DNA of 55,484 bases. It comes from an uncultured Collinsella sp. (GTDB lineage: Bacteria; Actinomycetota; Coriobacteriia; Coriobacteriales; Coriobacteriaceae). A program made the position numbers and the translations under genes. The notes beneath the pieces are model-generated. The model did no database searches and was not told the origin of the DNA. It was given only the letters and a program-made list of their open reading frames with translations. The stretch covers positions 1-55,484 of the forward strand of contig CABUVF010000001.1 in assembly GCA_902494945.1 (NCBI GenBank), written 5' to 3'. Positions 1-9,717 of the stretch are shown one piece after another. Position 1 is the first letter of the stretch; each line of letters starts with the position of its first letter.

Positions 1-555
1 ACCCGCAACTGTACGGCGCACTTTATCCGCACCGATCTGTTGACCGCTGGTGTCCTGGCAAATCTCCGGCAAGTGACCGAATACGCAGCCAAGCATGAGA
101 GCCGGTTTGTGAAACTACTTGTCCAGCAGAACGAGATCGGCGGCAAGCGAAAGACCGCCGCAGCCATCAAGCAGCTTGAACAGGCGCAGGAACGCATTTC
201 TGAAATCAGCCGCATTATCAAGCGGCTGTATGAGGACAATGTAAACGGCAAAATCAGCGATGAGCGTTTCATGGAACTGTCGGCTGACTACGAAGCCGAG
301 CAAGCGGAGCTGAAAAAGAGAGCCGCCGCCCTGCAAGCCGAACTGGACAAGTCACAGGCAGCTACCGTCAACGCCGAGAAATTTATGGGCATTGTCCGCA
401 AGCACCTTGCCTTTGAAGAACTGACCCCCACTCTCTTGCGGGAAATGATCGAGAAAATTGTGGTGCATGAGTGCAGCTATGATGAGAACGGCACCCGCAG
501 GCAGGACATTGAGATTTATTACAGCTTTGTCGGCAAGATTGACTTGCCCGAATAA
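1..555 (+). CDS. Large serine recombinase (TnpX-like), C-terminal part; 5' end outside window
   Basis: Zn-ribbon tail (TRNCTAHFIR), coiled coil (RLYEDNVNGKISDERF), DUF4368-like end LREMIEKIVVHE..QDIEIYYSFVG; AT-richer than the ICE. Confidence 0.85.
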   Translation, partial: TRNCTAHFIRTDLLTAGVLANLRQVTEYAAKHESRFVKLLVQQNEIGGKRKTAAAIKQLEQAQERISEISRIIKRLYEDNVNGKISDERFMELSADYEAEQAELKKRAAALQAELDKSQAATVNAEKFMGIVRKHLAFEELTPTLLREMIEKIVVHECSYDENGTRRQDIEIYYSFVGKIDLPE

Positions 556-650
556 CCGCCCGACCTATCCGACACAATGGCCAAGTGTCGGATAGGAACG
601 GCAAAATTTTTTGCACTTCTATTGCTTCTTTATCACACATAAGCAAACGG
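1..650 (+). mobile_element. Right end of a Firmicutes-type serine-recombinase element
   Basis: Recombinase, then inverted repeat CCTATCCGACAC..GTGTCGGATAGG (564-596), AT-rich tail, and an abrupt GC rise near 650. Confidence 0.6.
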
Positions 651-1171
651 ACGTGTCGCGCAGCACCGTAGCCGTTCCGCGCAACGAAAAGCCTCACCGC
701 CAGCGATCTCGTGCGCACATCGGCCGCAAGCGGCACGGGAGAGGCCGTCCCGATTAGGGTAGCGGCGCCGCGACTCGGAAACGCGCCTCCGTCCTCCACG
801 CGACGTCCCGACGTAACCCTCGCGAGCGCCCCGGCAACCGCCGACGGGCCGCATCCCATGCCCGGAGGGTCTCGGCGCCCATGGCCGGTTCCATGCCGCA
901 CGCCTCCGCCCCTCCGACCCGAAACCCGCCCCGGCGCTCCTTGGACGCGCAGGGTCGCACGCCGGCAGGCGGCCCGCAAGGGCCGCGACACTTTTTCGGG
1001 TTCTTCGCCCCATGCGCTGCGCGCGCGAACAACGCGAAAAACTGACGTCGGGAGATTTCTACAACCACGTCCGACTTCGCTTCCTCCCTTGCCGGCACGC
1101 CCGCGCTGCATGCGACTCACGCGACGCAAGGCACGCCACAGGGGCGGGCCTCAGAGTCTAAGGAGCAAGAC

Positions 1172-1543
1172 ATGAACGACATGAAGGAAAAGGCGATGGG
1201 CGCGGTCAAGGCCTTCCTCGAGCGCAAGGGCTACGAGATCGTCGACGAGGCCTGGCAGGGGCCCGAGGGTATCGGCGGGATCGACCTCGTGGCGGTGGAC
1301 GAGGACGGGACCCTGGTGTTCGTCGACGCCACGGCCCGGATCGGGACGGACGGCTTCCCCGAGGCCCACAGGGCGCGCGGGCTGCGCGAGGCGCTGGCGG
1401 CGACGTGGCTCGCCGGCAACGGCGACGACTACGCCGACACCCCGGTCCGCTTCGACGAGGTGGCGATGATGGTCGTCAAGGAGAACCGCGCGCTCCTGCG
1501 CCACCACGTCAACTGCTTCGGCGAGATGGAGCCGCTCTCCTAG
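1172..1543 (+). CDS. YraN/UPF0102-family PD-(D/E)XK-fold protein, catalytic Lys missing
   Basis: FLERKGYEIVDEAW..GIDLVA..LVFVD..VRFD; RBS AAGGAG. Confidence 0.8.
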   Translation: MNDMKEKAMGAVKAFLERKGYEIVDEAWQGPEGIGGIDLVAVDEDGTLVFVDATARIGTDGFPEAHRARGLREALAATWLAGNGDDYADTPVRFDEVAMMVVKENRALLRHHVNCFGEMEPLS

Positions 1544-1597
1544 GCGGCGCGCCCGGCCCCGGGCTCCCGGGGCCGGGTTTCCCCGAAACTCGGCCCC

Positions 1598-1678
1598 TGT
1601 ACCACGAAAGCGTACATATCCGTACGTTTTCGTGGTACACTCCGCTTGTCGGACAAATCCGTACGATTTTGTCCCGAC
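1598..1678. promoter_or_regulatory. Two tandem palindromes upstream of parA (probable operator)
   Basis: TGTACCACGAAA..TTTCGTGGTACA (1598-1639) and GTCGGACAAAT..ATTTTGTCCCGAC (1648-1678), both with central TCCGTACG. Confidence 0.55.
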
Positions 1679-1747
1679 GCTCCGAGACTCGGGGCGCGCC
1701 GGACCGGATGCGGCGAGGCGCGCCCCACGCTAGAGAGGACGCGACCC

Positions 1748-2512
1748 ATGCGCACGATAGCCATTTCCAACTACAAGGGCGGCGTCGGCAAGACGACGAC
1801 CGCCGTGAACCTGGCGGCCATCTTCGCCGCCCGGGGCCTTCGGACCCTGCTCGTCGACCTCGCCCCGCAGGCGTCGGCCACCGACTTCTTCGGCCTCTAC
1901 GACCGGGCCGCCTCCGAGCGGCGCACATCGGTCGAGCTGCTCTACGGCGGCGCGCCCGTGGAGGAGATCGCCTACGCCGCCGGGGAGAACCTCGACGTGG
2001 TGGCCTCGACCATCGACCTCGTCGACCAGAACGAGATGCTCCTGCGCGAGCAGCGCCTCAAGTTCGCGCTCGACGACGCCTCGGGCTCCTACGACGTCTG
2101 CCTCATCGACTGCAGCCCCGTGATGCGCAGGCTCGCCTTCAACGCCTACCTCGCCGCCGCGGAGGGCGGCATGGTCGTCATCCCCGTGAAGCTCGACTCC
2201 ACCGTGATGCGCGGCACGGCGCTCACCGTGGAGGCGACGCGCTCAATCGCGGACGCCCTGCGCATGCCCACGCCCAGATGGAAGATACTGCGCACCTGCG
2301 TGCCCGGCCGCATGACCAACGCCGAGACCACGGGCGCGGCCGTGCTCGACGGGTTCTTCCCAGACGAGCAGTTCGAGACGGTCATACACGCGAGCAGCAA
2401 GGTCTGCGAGGGCAGCTGGCAGTGGAAGCCGGTGGCCGCCTTCGAGCCGGGGAGCCGCCCCGCGCGCGACTACGAGGCCCTCGCCGACGAGGTGTACCGT
2501 GAGCTCGCCTAG
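1748..2512 (+). CDS. parA: ParA/Soj family ATPase
   Basis: Deviant Walker A KGGVGKTT, LIDCSP Walker B; ATG 1748 after AGAGGA. Confidence 0.92.
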   Translation: MRTIAISNYKGGVGKTTTAVNLAAIFAARGLRTLLVDLAPQASATDFFGLYDRAASERRTSVELLYGGAPVEEIAYAAGENLDVVASTIDLVDQNEMLLREQRLKFALDDASGSYDVCLIDCSPVMRRLAFNAYLAAAEGGMVVIPVKLDSTVMRGTALTVEATRSIADALRMPTPRWKILRTCVPGRMTNAETTGAAVLDGFFPDEQFETVIHASSKVCEGSWQWKPVAAFEPGSRPARDYEALADEVYRELA

Positions 2513-3455
2513 CCAGGTGGCCGCGGGATTCACCATCACGGGGCTCCTCGACGGCGCGTCCCGCACCCGCGGGCGCTACCCGGTGTCCGAGATCGCGGTG
2601 GCCGACATCGCCGACCACCCGGCGAACGCCGCGTACTCCATGGACCCGGCCGGCATAGCCGAGCTCGCCGAGTCGATACGCCAGGACGGCCTCACCGACC
2701 TGCCGCTGGTGCGCAAGGTCGGAGACGGCTCGTGGCAGATGGTCTCCGGGCACCGCCGCAAGGCCGCCTACGCGCTGCTCGCCAAGGACGACCCCGCCTA
2801 CGAGAGGATGCCCTGCCGCGTGATAGAGGGCATCGACGACGAGCGGGCGGTGACGCTGCTCCACGCCGCGAACTACTTCACCCGCGCGCTCACCGTGACC
2901 GAGCGCGCCGCCGCGACCGAGGCGCTCAGGGGCGACGCCGTGCGCCTGCGCTCCGAGGACCCGTCGCTTTCCGGCATGCGCGTCGACGACGTGAAGGCCG
3001 CCATCATCGAGCGGCAGACGGGCCGCAAGGTCTCCGGCAAGACCATCGCGCGCGAGGAGAGGCTTGCCCGCAGGATCGCCGAGGACCTCTCGCCCGAGTG
3101 GGCCGCCGAGGCCGACCGAGGCAACCTCAGCGCCGAGGCGGTGCGCTCGCTCGCGGGCATGCCGAAGGAGCGCCAGGCGGAGATGCACGCCGCGATGGAG
3201 CCCTGGCGGCGCACCAAGCGGGAGCTCTCCGACTACGTGAGGAGCGAGAGCAAAACGCAGGCCGGCCCCGACGGGCGCATCGCGAAGGCCGCGAGGCTCG
3301 TGGCCGACTTCCTCGAGAGCCCGCCCGAGAGCCCGAGCGCTGCCGACCTCTCGCTGCTGCGGGAGATGGCGCTCATGACCGCGCCCTACGCGGAGGCGGG
3401 CGCAGGAGCCCGGAAGGTCCGAAGAAGGGCCTCGCATTCGAAATCCAGCAAGTAG
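2499..3455 (+). CDS. parB: ParB-like partition protein
   Basis: ELAESIRQDGL..P..VSGHRRKAA ParB N-domain; overlaps parA end. Confidence 0.88.
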   Translation: MSSPSQVAAGFTITGLLDGASRTRGRYPVSEIAVADIADHPANAAYSMDPAGIAELAESIRQDGLTDLPLVRKVGDGSWQMVSGHRRKAAYALLAKDDPAYERMPCRVIEGIDDERAVTLLHAANYFTRALTVTERAAATEALRGDAVRLRSEDPSLSGMRVDDVKAAIIERQTGRKVSGKTIAREERLARRIAEDLSPEWAAEADRGNLSAEAVRSLAGMPKERQAEMHAAMEPWRRTKRELSDYVRSESKTQAGPDGRIAKAARLVADFLESPPESPSAADLSLLREMALMTAPYAEAGAGARKVRRRASHSKSSK

Positions 3456-3496
3456 CCTATGGCGTCCGACATCGCGTCGGGCGTCCATAGCACTTG

Positions 3497-3612
3497 GGGA
3501 CCGGGCGGCCTCGGACCCGTCATGCCGCGGGCCGTTGGGGAGCCCGCTTACGCGAGGCCCGGTCCCAGAGGCGGCGCCCGAGCCGGGCCGCCGCCTGCGG
3601 GGGATCCCCCGC
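3497..3612. other. Candidate oriT region (nested inverted repeats upstream of mobC)
   Basis: GGGACCGGGC/GCCCGGTCCC (3497-3566) and perfect palindrome GCGGGGGATCCCCCGC (3597-3612); position typical of oriT, nic not recognised. Confidence 0.4.
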
Positions 3613-3665
3613 GCCCCTAGAGAGACGCGCCCGCCGCACGGCGGGCCCGAGGAAAGGAATCCGCC

Positions 3666-4112
3666 ATGGAAGAGGAAGCCGGCGTCGCCAAAGGCAAGGA
3701 GCGCCGCGTCACGTTCCGCATGGAGGGAGGCGACTACGACGCGCTCTGCGAGCGGTGCGAGCGCGCCGGCCTCAGCAAGTCGGAGTACCTGCGTTACCTC
3801 GTGCGCATACCGTTGTCGACGGAGGCCAACGCGGGAGACGAGCACCGCATACTCGTGGACCGCAGGGCCCTGTGGGCGATGTCGCGCGAGCTCACGAAGT
3901 GGGGCTACCACTACAACCAGGCCGTGCACGCGATGAACCTCATCAACTTCCACGCCCGCCATGGGCGCGTCGACCGCGACCTCGTGGCGGAGAGCGTCCC
4001 TACGATCGAGCGCGAGCTCGCCGACGTGAACGCCGCGGCCCGCGAGATGGCGGCCGAGCTCGGGCGCATCGGAGCCGACTCGCTCGTGGAGGGGTCGCCA
4101 TGCCGATCCTGA
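3666..4112 (+). CDS. mobC: MobC relaxosome accessory protein
   Basis: RHH N-terminus (RVTFRM..AGLSKSEYLR), ELTKWGYHYNQAVH motif. Confidence 0.85.
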   Translation: MEEEAGVAKGKERRVTFRMEGGDYDALCERCERAGLSKSEYLRYLVRIPLSTEANAGDEHRILVDRRALWAMSRELTKWGYHYNQAVHAMNLINFHARHGRVDRDLVAESVPTIERELADVNAAAREMAAELGRIGADSLVEGSPCRS

Positions 4113-5371
4113 AGCCGATAAGCGGCCACGGCGCGACCGGAGGCATCCGCCGCTACCTCGAGAAGGGAGGCCGCGCCCTCGCGCGCGACCTGTTCAACCT
4201 GAGCTACGACGAGCGCGACGCCGGCGCGCTGGGAGACGAGGCCAAGGAGGCCTGCGCCTGGGACGCCGAGATGGACGCCACTCGCGCCGCCTTCGGCACG
4301 GACGCACCCTGGAGGGGAAAGCCCGCGCGCACGTTCAAGCACTTCGTGCTCTCGCCGGACCCCGGCGACGACATCGACCTGGCTGCGCTGCGCGAGCTCG
4401 CGTGCTCGTGGGCGCTCAAGCACTTCGGCGACCACGAGATCGCCATCGTCTACCACGACGACAACGCCCGCGGCATACCCCACGCGCACATCGTAGTGAA
4501 CAACGCGAACCTCCGCACGGGCTACCGCATGCAGACCCAGCACCCCGAGGACCTCAACCGAGACCTTCAGGACATGGCCCGCGAGCGCGGGCTGTCGGGC
4601 CTCTCCAACGACCGGGCGCCAGAATCGCCGTCGAAGGCGCGAGGGCGCGCCGGCGCGGGCGGGCCCAGGAGTCGCAGGAGCGTCTACCTGGGCCGTGCCG
4701 AGAAGGAGATCATGCGCTCTGGCGGCTACTCGTGGGTCGGCGACATCCGCGCCCGCGTCGCGCTCGCCAAGACCACGGCGCGCGACGAGGCGGAGTTCCT
4801 CGGCATCCTCGACGCCCTGGGCGTGCACGTCGCCGACAACTCGGCCAAGGCGAGGCGGGACGACTGGGTGTTCAGCCTGGCAGAGGAGCCGTCCAAGAAG
4901 GTCAGCGGCGAGCGCCTGGGGTTCGTCTACGGCAAGGAGATGCTCCGCCGGCGGTTCGAGCGCGAAGGCGCCTACCGCCCCACGGACGCGAGCACCGCGC
5001 GCATCCGCGAGGCCGCCGAGCGGGCCCTCGAGCTCAACGACCTCTCGGAGCTGAGCAGGCTCTCCTCGGCGCTCGAGACCTGCGCGAAGTTCGACGTCGA
5101 GTCGATCGAGGAGTTCGGTCTCAGGATGGCGACGCTCGAGCGCCGCGGCCAGGCGGGCGGCGAGGGGTACCGCCGCCTCGAGGCTGCGCGAGCCTACATA
5201 GCGGAGAACGGCCTCATGCCCCTCAAGACCCGCTACGGGAACGGCGACAAGCGCGGCGAAGCCGGCGACAACCAGCGCGGCAGCCGGCATGAGGACGAGC
5301 AGCAGCGCATCCTCGCCGCCGAGCGGCAGCGGGCCCAGCAGGACCAGCGCAGGGAGAGGGGCCGGAGATGA
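4100..5371 (+). CDS. Relaxase/mobilization nuclease (MOBP-like)
   Basis: MPILKPISGH start, YLEK Tyr, KHFVLSP, HDDN..PHAHIVVN HUH motif. Confidence 0.9.
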   Translation: MPILKPISGHGATGGIRRYLEKGGRALARDLFNLSYDERDAGALGDEAKEACAWDAEMDATRAAFGTDAPWRGKPARTFKHFVLSPDPGDDIDLAALRELACSWALKHFGDHEIAIVYHDDNARGIPHAHIVVNNANLRTGYRMQTQHPEDLNRDLQDMARERGLSGLSNDRAPESPSKARGRAGAGGPRSRRSVYLGRAEKEIMRSGGYSWVGDIRARVALAKTTARDEAEFLGILDALGVHVADNSAKARRDDWVFSLAEEPSKKVSGERLGFVYGKEMLRRRFEREGAYRPTDASTARIREAAERALELNDLSELSRLSSALETCAKFDVESIEEFGLRMATLERRGQAGGEGYRRLEAARAYIAENGLMPLKTRYGNGDKRGEAGDNQRGSRHEDEQQRILAAERQRAQQDQRRERGRR

Positions 5372-5922
5372 TGGTGAGGATAGAGTACGAGGGCGGCAGG
5401 ACGACGCTGTTCGACACGCTCTCGTTCACGGAGGGGTCGCCGTTCTCCGGCGCGAACATGCTCACGGAGTTCGAGCTCGAGATGCGTGAGGTGCCCGAGA
5501 AGGGGCTTTGGCTCACGGCGAACTGGCACCAGGTGCGCGACGACTGGCGCGCCGACGCGCCCGCGGACGGCATCCCGGCCGCACGCAGGTCCCGCGGATG
5601 GCGCTTCATGCTTGCCTCGGAGGCCGAGCTCGGGCGAGCCCGGCGCGTCCTGCTCGACGGCGACGAGGCGTTCGCCCGGGTGCGGGGATACCTGTGCGAC
5701 GCGGCCGCGATCGGCGCCTGCTACCGCGAGCACGTGGGTCCTCCCTCAAAACCGCTGAAGTCGCAGATAAAGGAGCTGCAGCGCGCGCTGGGGAGGGCGG
5801 AGGTCCCGGGCGTGCCCGACGAGCTGGCGAGGCTGCTCGCGCAAGAGAAGGAAGAGGGCGCCGAGGATGGTGCCCGCAAGGTCAAGGAAGATTGGGGTGA
5901 CGTCGATGAAGAGGCTTGGTAG
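5368..5922 (+). CDS. Hypothetical ICE protein
   Basis: Start overlaps relaxase stop; ICE-like codon usage. Confidence 0.7.
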   Translation: MMVRIEYEGGRTTLFDTLSFTEGSPFSGANMLTEFELEMREVPEKGLWLTANWHQVRDDWRADAPADGIPAARRSRGWRFMLASEAELGRARRVLLDGDEAFARVRGYLCDAAAIGACYREHVGPPSKPLKSQIKELQRALGRAEVPGVPDELARLLAQEKEEGAEDGARKVKEDWGDVDEEAW

Positions 5923-6001
5923 GTTCCTCAAGGCGGCGCTTAAGGTCACGCTGGGCTTTTTCGTCTGGCTGTTCCGCGCCGTGTTCAAGTGGGTGATGTA
6001 G
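5906..6001 (+). CDS. 31-aa basic/hydrophobic peptide MKRLGRFLKAALKVTLGFFVWLFRAVFKWVM
   Basis: GGGGTGA RBS, ATG 5906, double stop, terminator directly after; not in ORF track. Confidence 0.6.
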   Translation: MKRLGRFLKAALKVTLGFFVWLFRAVFKWVM

Positions 6002-6002
6002 T

Positions 6003-6029
6003 AAGAGGCGGGCAATTGCCCGCCTCTTT
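6003..6029. terminator. Intrinsic terminator between convergent units
   Basis: AAGAGGCGGGC-AATT-GCCCGCCTCTT. Confidence 0.8.
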
Positions 6030-6036
6030 GTCTTTC

Positions 6037-6479
6037 CTAATCTGTCTGATCGTCGATGAGCCAGCAGTCGGTCCCATCAGTGAGCAGCGTCCTGGCTGAC
6101 CGGGATACCGCCGCGATGCGTTGGATTTTGCCTTTTCGATCTTCGGCCTCGGACCTCAGCTTCGACTCTCCGGAGCGTAGGCTCGCGCGCATCTCAACCT
6201 TAGCTTCGAGGAGTTGCTCTTTTGCAGCGGCTCTGGGGGTCTGAGAGACCAGCCTCTTGAGGGCGTTTCCCTGGGCTCCGCGAGGAAGCGCGATGGGCGT
6301 CCCTTTCATGCCCCCGATCTTCATCTCCATGAGCGCTGCGAGGACCTGCCTCTTTTTCAGAAAGCCCTGAGATTTGTCCAGGATCCGCTGTTCTTCGATG
6401 AGGGCGCTGCGGTCGTCCATGCTGCCGTCGTAGTACATGCGCGTCATGGCGAGCGCCGACAGGGCCTGGAGGCACCCCC
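6037..6479 (-). pseudogene. 3' half of the gene split by the mef-msr cassette
   Basis: Frame open back to the junction (CLQALSALAMTRMYY..); pairs with 10149-10871 fragment. Confidence 0.65.
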
Positions 6480-6530
6480 CCTTCGAGGCCTTTTGTCTCC
6501 ATTCTGGGAATATATCCTGCTCATTTAGGG

Positions 6531-8000
6531 TTATTCGCGCTGAAAGATTTTGACTAGCTTGGTGTCCTTTATTTCGTAAATAATGTCTGCGACGTTCTCG
6601 ACCAGCCTCTTATCGTGGGAGACGAACACTATCGTTCCGGCATAGGCGCTCATCATCTGCTCGAGGGCTTCGGCGCTCTTGATGTCCAGGTAATTTCCAG
6701 GCTCGTCCATGAGCAAGATGTTGTATCTGCCCAGCAGCATCTTCGCGAGCAGCAGCTTGATGACTTCGCCTCCCGAGAGAACGCCAACGTCCTTTGCCAG
6801 GTCACGCGGTCCGATTCCCATAGAGGCGAGGACGCTTCGGATTTCGGTCATGCTGTACTCGCAACCATCCTGCATGAACGAGATCGCAGACTGACGGGCG
6901 TCGAACTTGTAGCCTGTTTGCTCGAAGTAACCGATCTCTGCCTTGGGAGAGATGTTGATACCGTCGGCGCGTCGAGCGATTGCCTTCAGCAAGCTGGTCT
7001 TTCCTGTACCGTTGCCACCGGTGATGGCCACTTTGGCACCGAGCGGTATCTCGAATTTCGCGTGGTCATAGAGCATGCAGTTGCCGAAGCTCAAGCTGAA
7101 ATCGTCTGCCGAGATGGGAAATTTACTATGCAGTTCCAGGGCCTTGCTTTGGCGGAACCGCACGGTGCGAATGCTGTCGGGGGCCTCAATCCCTTCGAGC
7201 GCTTCGAGGCGCTTCTCCATGTCCTTAGCCGCCTGGTACATCCTCTTCTGTTTGGTGCCGGTTGCTTTCTGATGCCCCAATCGACCTGCATACTCGTTGC
7301 TTTTCTTTGCGCCCTTCTGCTTGGCGTCGACCTGCCGTGCTTTTTTCCGTTGTTTTTCGATGGCGGCTTCAAGGCGCTCGCGCTCGCGCATCGCCTCTTC
7401 GTATCGAGCCGCCTGAACTTTGCGCTCTTCTTCTTTCTGTCGCAGATAGTCGGTGTAGTCACCCCAGAATTCGGAAATACCGCCGTCTTTGAGCTCCCAG
7501 ATCTTGTCCACTACCTGATCGAGAAAATAACGGTCATGGCTCACAATGAGAAGGGCTCCATCAAATGCCTTGAGTTGTCCGACGAGAAGGCTGATGCCGT
7601 CTTGGTCGAGGTGGCTCGTAGGCTCATCAGCAAAGATCGCGCTTGCATGCTGGGAGAGCGCAGAGGCAATCTTGGCGCGTGTTTCCTCTCCGCCGCTCAT
7701 CGTCTCTTGCGCCACTCCGGCGACGTTGAGACGGGAGAGCATCTCACCACTGTCCTGAGCCGCATCAAGGTCGAGTTCATCGAGTTGGCCGATGAGGGCA
7801 ATGCTGCCGAAGCGCCTGACGTCGGCGTCCGCAATGGTAAGATTGCCGCTCAGAATTTTAAGCAGGCTGGTTTTGCCTGCGCCATTGTCTCCCACCAAGC
7901 CGATGCGATCGTAGGAGTAGATTTCCAACTCTTCGATATCCAGGATATCGCGGCCGGCATATTCCAAAAAGATGTCTTTAGCTTTGACTATGAGTTCCAT
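6531..8000 (-). CDS. msr: ABC-F ribosomal protection protein, Msr(E)/Msr(D)-like
   Basis: Two NBDs ([16 protein letters not shown]), SGGE signatures, no TM segments; N-terminus and linker closely recall Msr(E). Confidence 0.92.
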   Translation of the reverse strand: MELIVKAKDIFLEYAGRDILDIEELEIYSYDRIGLVGDNGAGKTSLLKILSGNLTIADADVRRFGSIALIGQLDELDLDAAQDSGEMLSRLNVAGVAQETMSGGEETRAKIASALSQHASAIFADEPTSHLDQDGISLLVGQLKAFDGALLIVSHDRYFLDQVVDKIWELKDGGISEFWGDYTDYLRQKEEERKVQAARYEEAMRERERLEAAIEKQRKKARQVDAKQKGAKKSNEYAGRLGHQKATGTKQKRMYQAAKDMEKRLEALEGIEAPDSIRTVRFRQSKALELHSKFPISADDFSLSFGNCMLYDHAKFEIPLGAKVAITGGNGTGKTSLLKAIARRADGINISPKAEIGYFEQTGYKFDARQSAISFMQDGCEYSMTEIRSVLASMGIGPRDLAKDVGVLSGGEVIKLLLAKMLLGRYNILLMDEPGNYLDIKSAEALEQMMSAYAGTIVFVSHDKRLVENVADIIYEIKDTKLVKIFQRE

Positions 8001-8261
8001 AGGTTGAACCGCCTTTTGTGTATTAGCCTTTTACTGGAAGCGCAGCCATGCCAAAAAAGATTGCTCACGTCGATTTTTCGCCTTTGCCCAATTGCCGGCG
8101 CGAGCGTTTTGACCTTGCGCAAGCCGGCAAATCCGAAAATGATAGTTGGCGACGAATAAGGAGCGCGATGTGGGATGTCGGTGCAATACCTCGTCGTCGC
8201 AAGGGCTTGAAGGCTGACGCGTGAACCGATGGCTGCTGCCTCTTTTTTTCGAATACTTGGG

Positions 8262-9548
8262 CTATTGAATCCGCCCGGTATCTCTTTTCCCCACGTTTCG
8301 GACGCTCGGAGCAAGCAGCATAGCCATCGCAAGCAGTACCATGGTCGCTCCAGAGCCGACAAACCATAACGGAGCTCCAAGCAGATCCGCAAAAACGGAG
8401 GGGGCCGCGAGGCCCATGGGCATGGCCCACGCCATGATGGTTCCGTAGAGGCCGAAAACGCGGCCTAGGTACTCAGGAGGTATCTGCTCCTGCATAAGGG
8501 CAGTCTGGGTTCCCGCGTACAACGGGGAGCATGCGCCCATAAGAAAGCTCACCGGCAGGAAAGCAGCGAACAATGACGGGCCGAGCGATCCGGATACGAT
8601 TGCGGCAATGCCGAAGCCGGCAATCGCGGCGACCATGGTGAACGACCTATTGCGGAACCCTCCCGTAACCGCCAAGATGCCGGACCCAGCCAGCATGCCT
8701 GCAGAAAAAAGGATTTCCGCCAAAGCGGCATCCCCCGTGCTACCGCCAAAATGCCCCAAGGTCATTATTGGGAACAATGCCGCGAGCGGAGAGAACGCGA
8801 AAGCGAAGACGAACCCGCACCAAAGAAGGGCGAGCAGCCCCCTGTACCCCCTAGTCAGCTTGTAGCCGTCCGAAATCTCAGAGAAGAGCTCTCGAACCTT
8901 ATTGGAAAAGGGCAAGCTGCGGTCGGCTTCGTCGAGTCCCCCTGCGTCTATCTGTGCGGCGAGGACGGCTAAAGAAGCGAAAAGCGCTCCCAGCACGTCG
9001 AGGACAATCATAGCGGTAATGCCCGCCACGGGATAAATCACTGCTGCAAGCGCGGCGCCAAGAATGTATCCGCCGGACTGAATCGCCTGAGTCACCCCCG
9101 ATAGGCGAACGAGATGCTCTGGCGGGGCGAGATGGGGCGTGAGAGATTGGGAGGCTGGCGTGTAGAACGAAGTGCCAACTGCACGGAGAAACAGGGCGAT
9201 GAGAATTAGCCATGCAGGTAAGCTGCCGGCCAACGAGGCAATCGTCAAGGCGGCGCCCACCGCGGCAATGAAGAGGTCGGTGCCGATGAGGACACGTTTC
9301 AAAGGCAGTCTGTCGACAAGGGCGCCCGCAAGGATTCCGAACAAAGCAATCGGCAGAAAGCCTGCCAGCGATGCTAAGGAGAGGAGAGAAGACGACCCTG
9401 TCGTGAGGGCGAGATGCCAAATAAGACCCATTTGGAGAATCGAACTCGTCAATGTCGAAACGAGCTCCCCGCCCCATACGAAACAAAGCTTGAATTGCCA
9501 TGAATGGCACAGCAGAGCAGACCTGCCCCGAGAGGTTTCAAATATCAT
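8262..9548 (-). CDS. mef: Mef-family MFS macrolide efflux protein (divergent)
   Basis: STLTSSILQMGLIW..GFLP..GALVDR, PEYLGRVFG motifs as in Mef; upstream of msr; start uncertain. Confidence 0.8.
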   Translation of the reverse strand: MIFETSRGRSALLCHSWQFKLCFVWGGELVSTLTSSILQMGLIWHLALTTGSSSLLSLASLAGFLPIALFGILAGALVDRLPLKRVLIGTDLFIAAVGAALTIASLAGSLPAWLILIALFLRAVGTSFYTPASQSLTPHLAPPEHLVRLSGVTQAIQSGGYILGAALAAVIYPVAGITAMIVLDVLGALFASLAVLAAQIDAGGLDEADRSLPFSNKVRELFSEISDGYKLTRGYRGLLALLWCGFVFAFAFSPLAALFPIMTLGHFGGSTGDAALAEILFSAGMLAGSGILAVTGGFRNRSFTMVAAIAGFGIAAIVSGSLGPSLFAAFLPVSFLMGACSPLYAGTQTALMQEQIPPEYLGRVFGLYGTIMAWAMPMGLAAPSVFADLLGAPLWFVGSGATMVLLAMAMLLAPSVRNVGKRDTGRIQ

Positions 9549-9611
9549 GGTTATGTCCAATCGTGAAATGGCGTGCAGAAAAACAGCGCGACGCCACAAC
9601 AGCGCCGCTTT

Positions 9612-9647
9612 CTAGGCGCTCATCCACGTGCGGAAAAGACCAACCAC
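9612..9647 (-). CDS. Putative attenuator leader peptide MVGLFRTWMSA
   Basis: AAGGAGGGG RBS then GTG..TAG, overlapping alternative hairpins before mef. Confidence 0.65.
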   Translation of the reverse strand: MVGLFRTWMSA

Positions 9648-9687
9648 GACACCCCTCCTTTGTTAATTCGGTCTGGCAAACCATGTA

Positions 9688-9717
9688 ATATTAACGAGGC
9701 TTGAGTTTGCCTGTCAA
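9688..9717 (-). promoter_or_regulatory. Sigma70-type promoter of mef-msr
   Basis: TTGACA-N18-TAATAT on minus strand; overlapped by GGCAAAC..GTTTGCC inverted repeat. Confidence 0.65.

Noticed and set aside
383..1175. Several overlapping long ORFs
   Set aside because: Arg/Pro/Ala-rich with no motifs; expected artefacts of high GC
8023..8050. Short [11 protein letters not shown] as an msr leader
   Set aside because: No RBS and no clear attenuator structure
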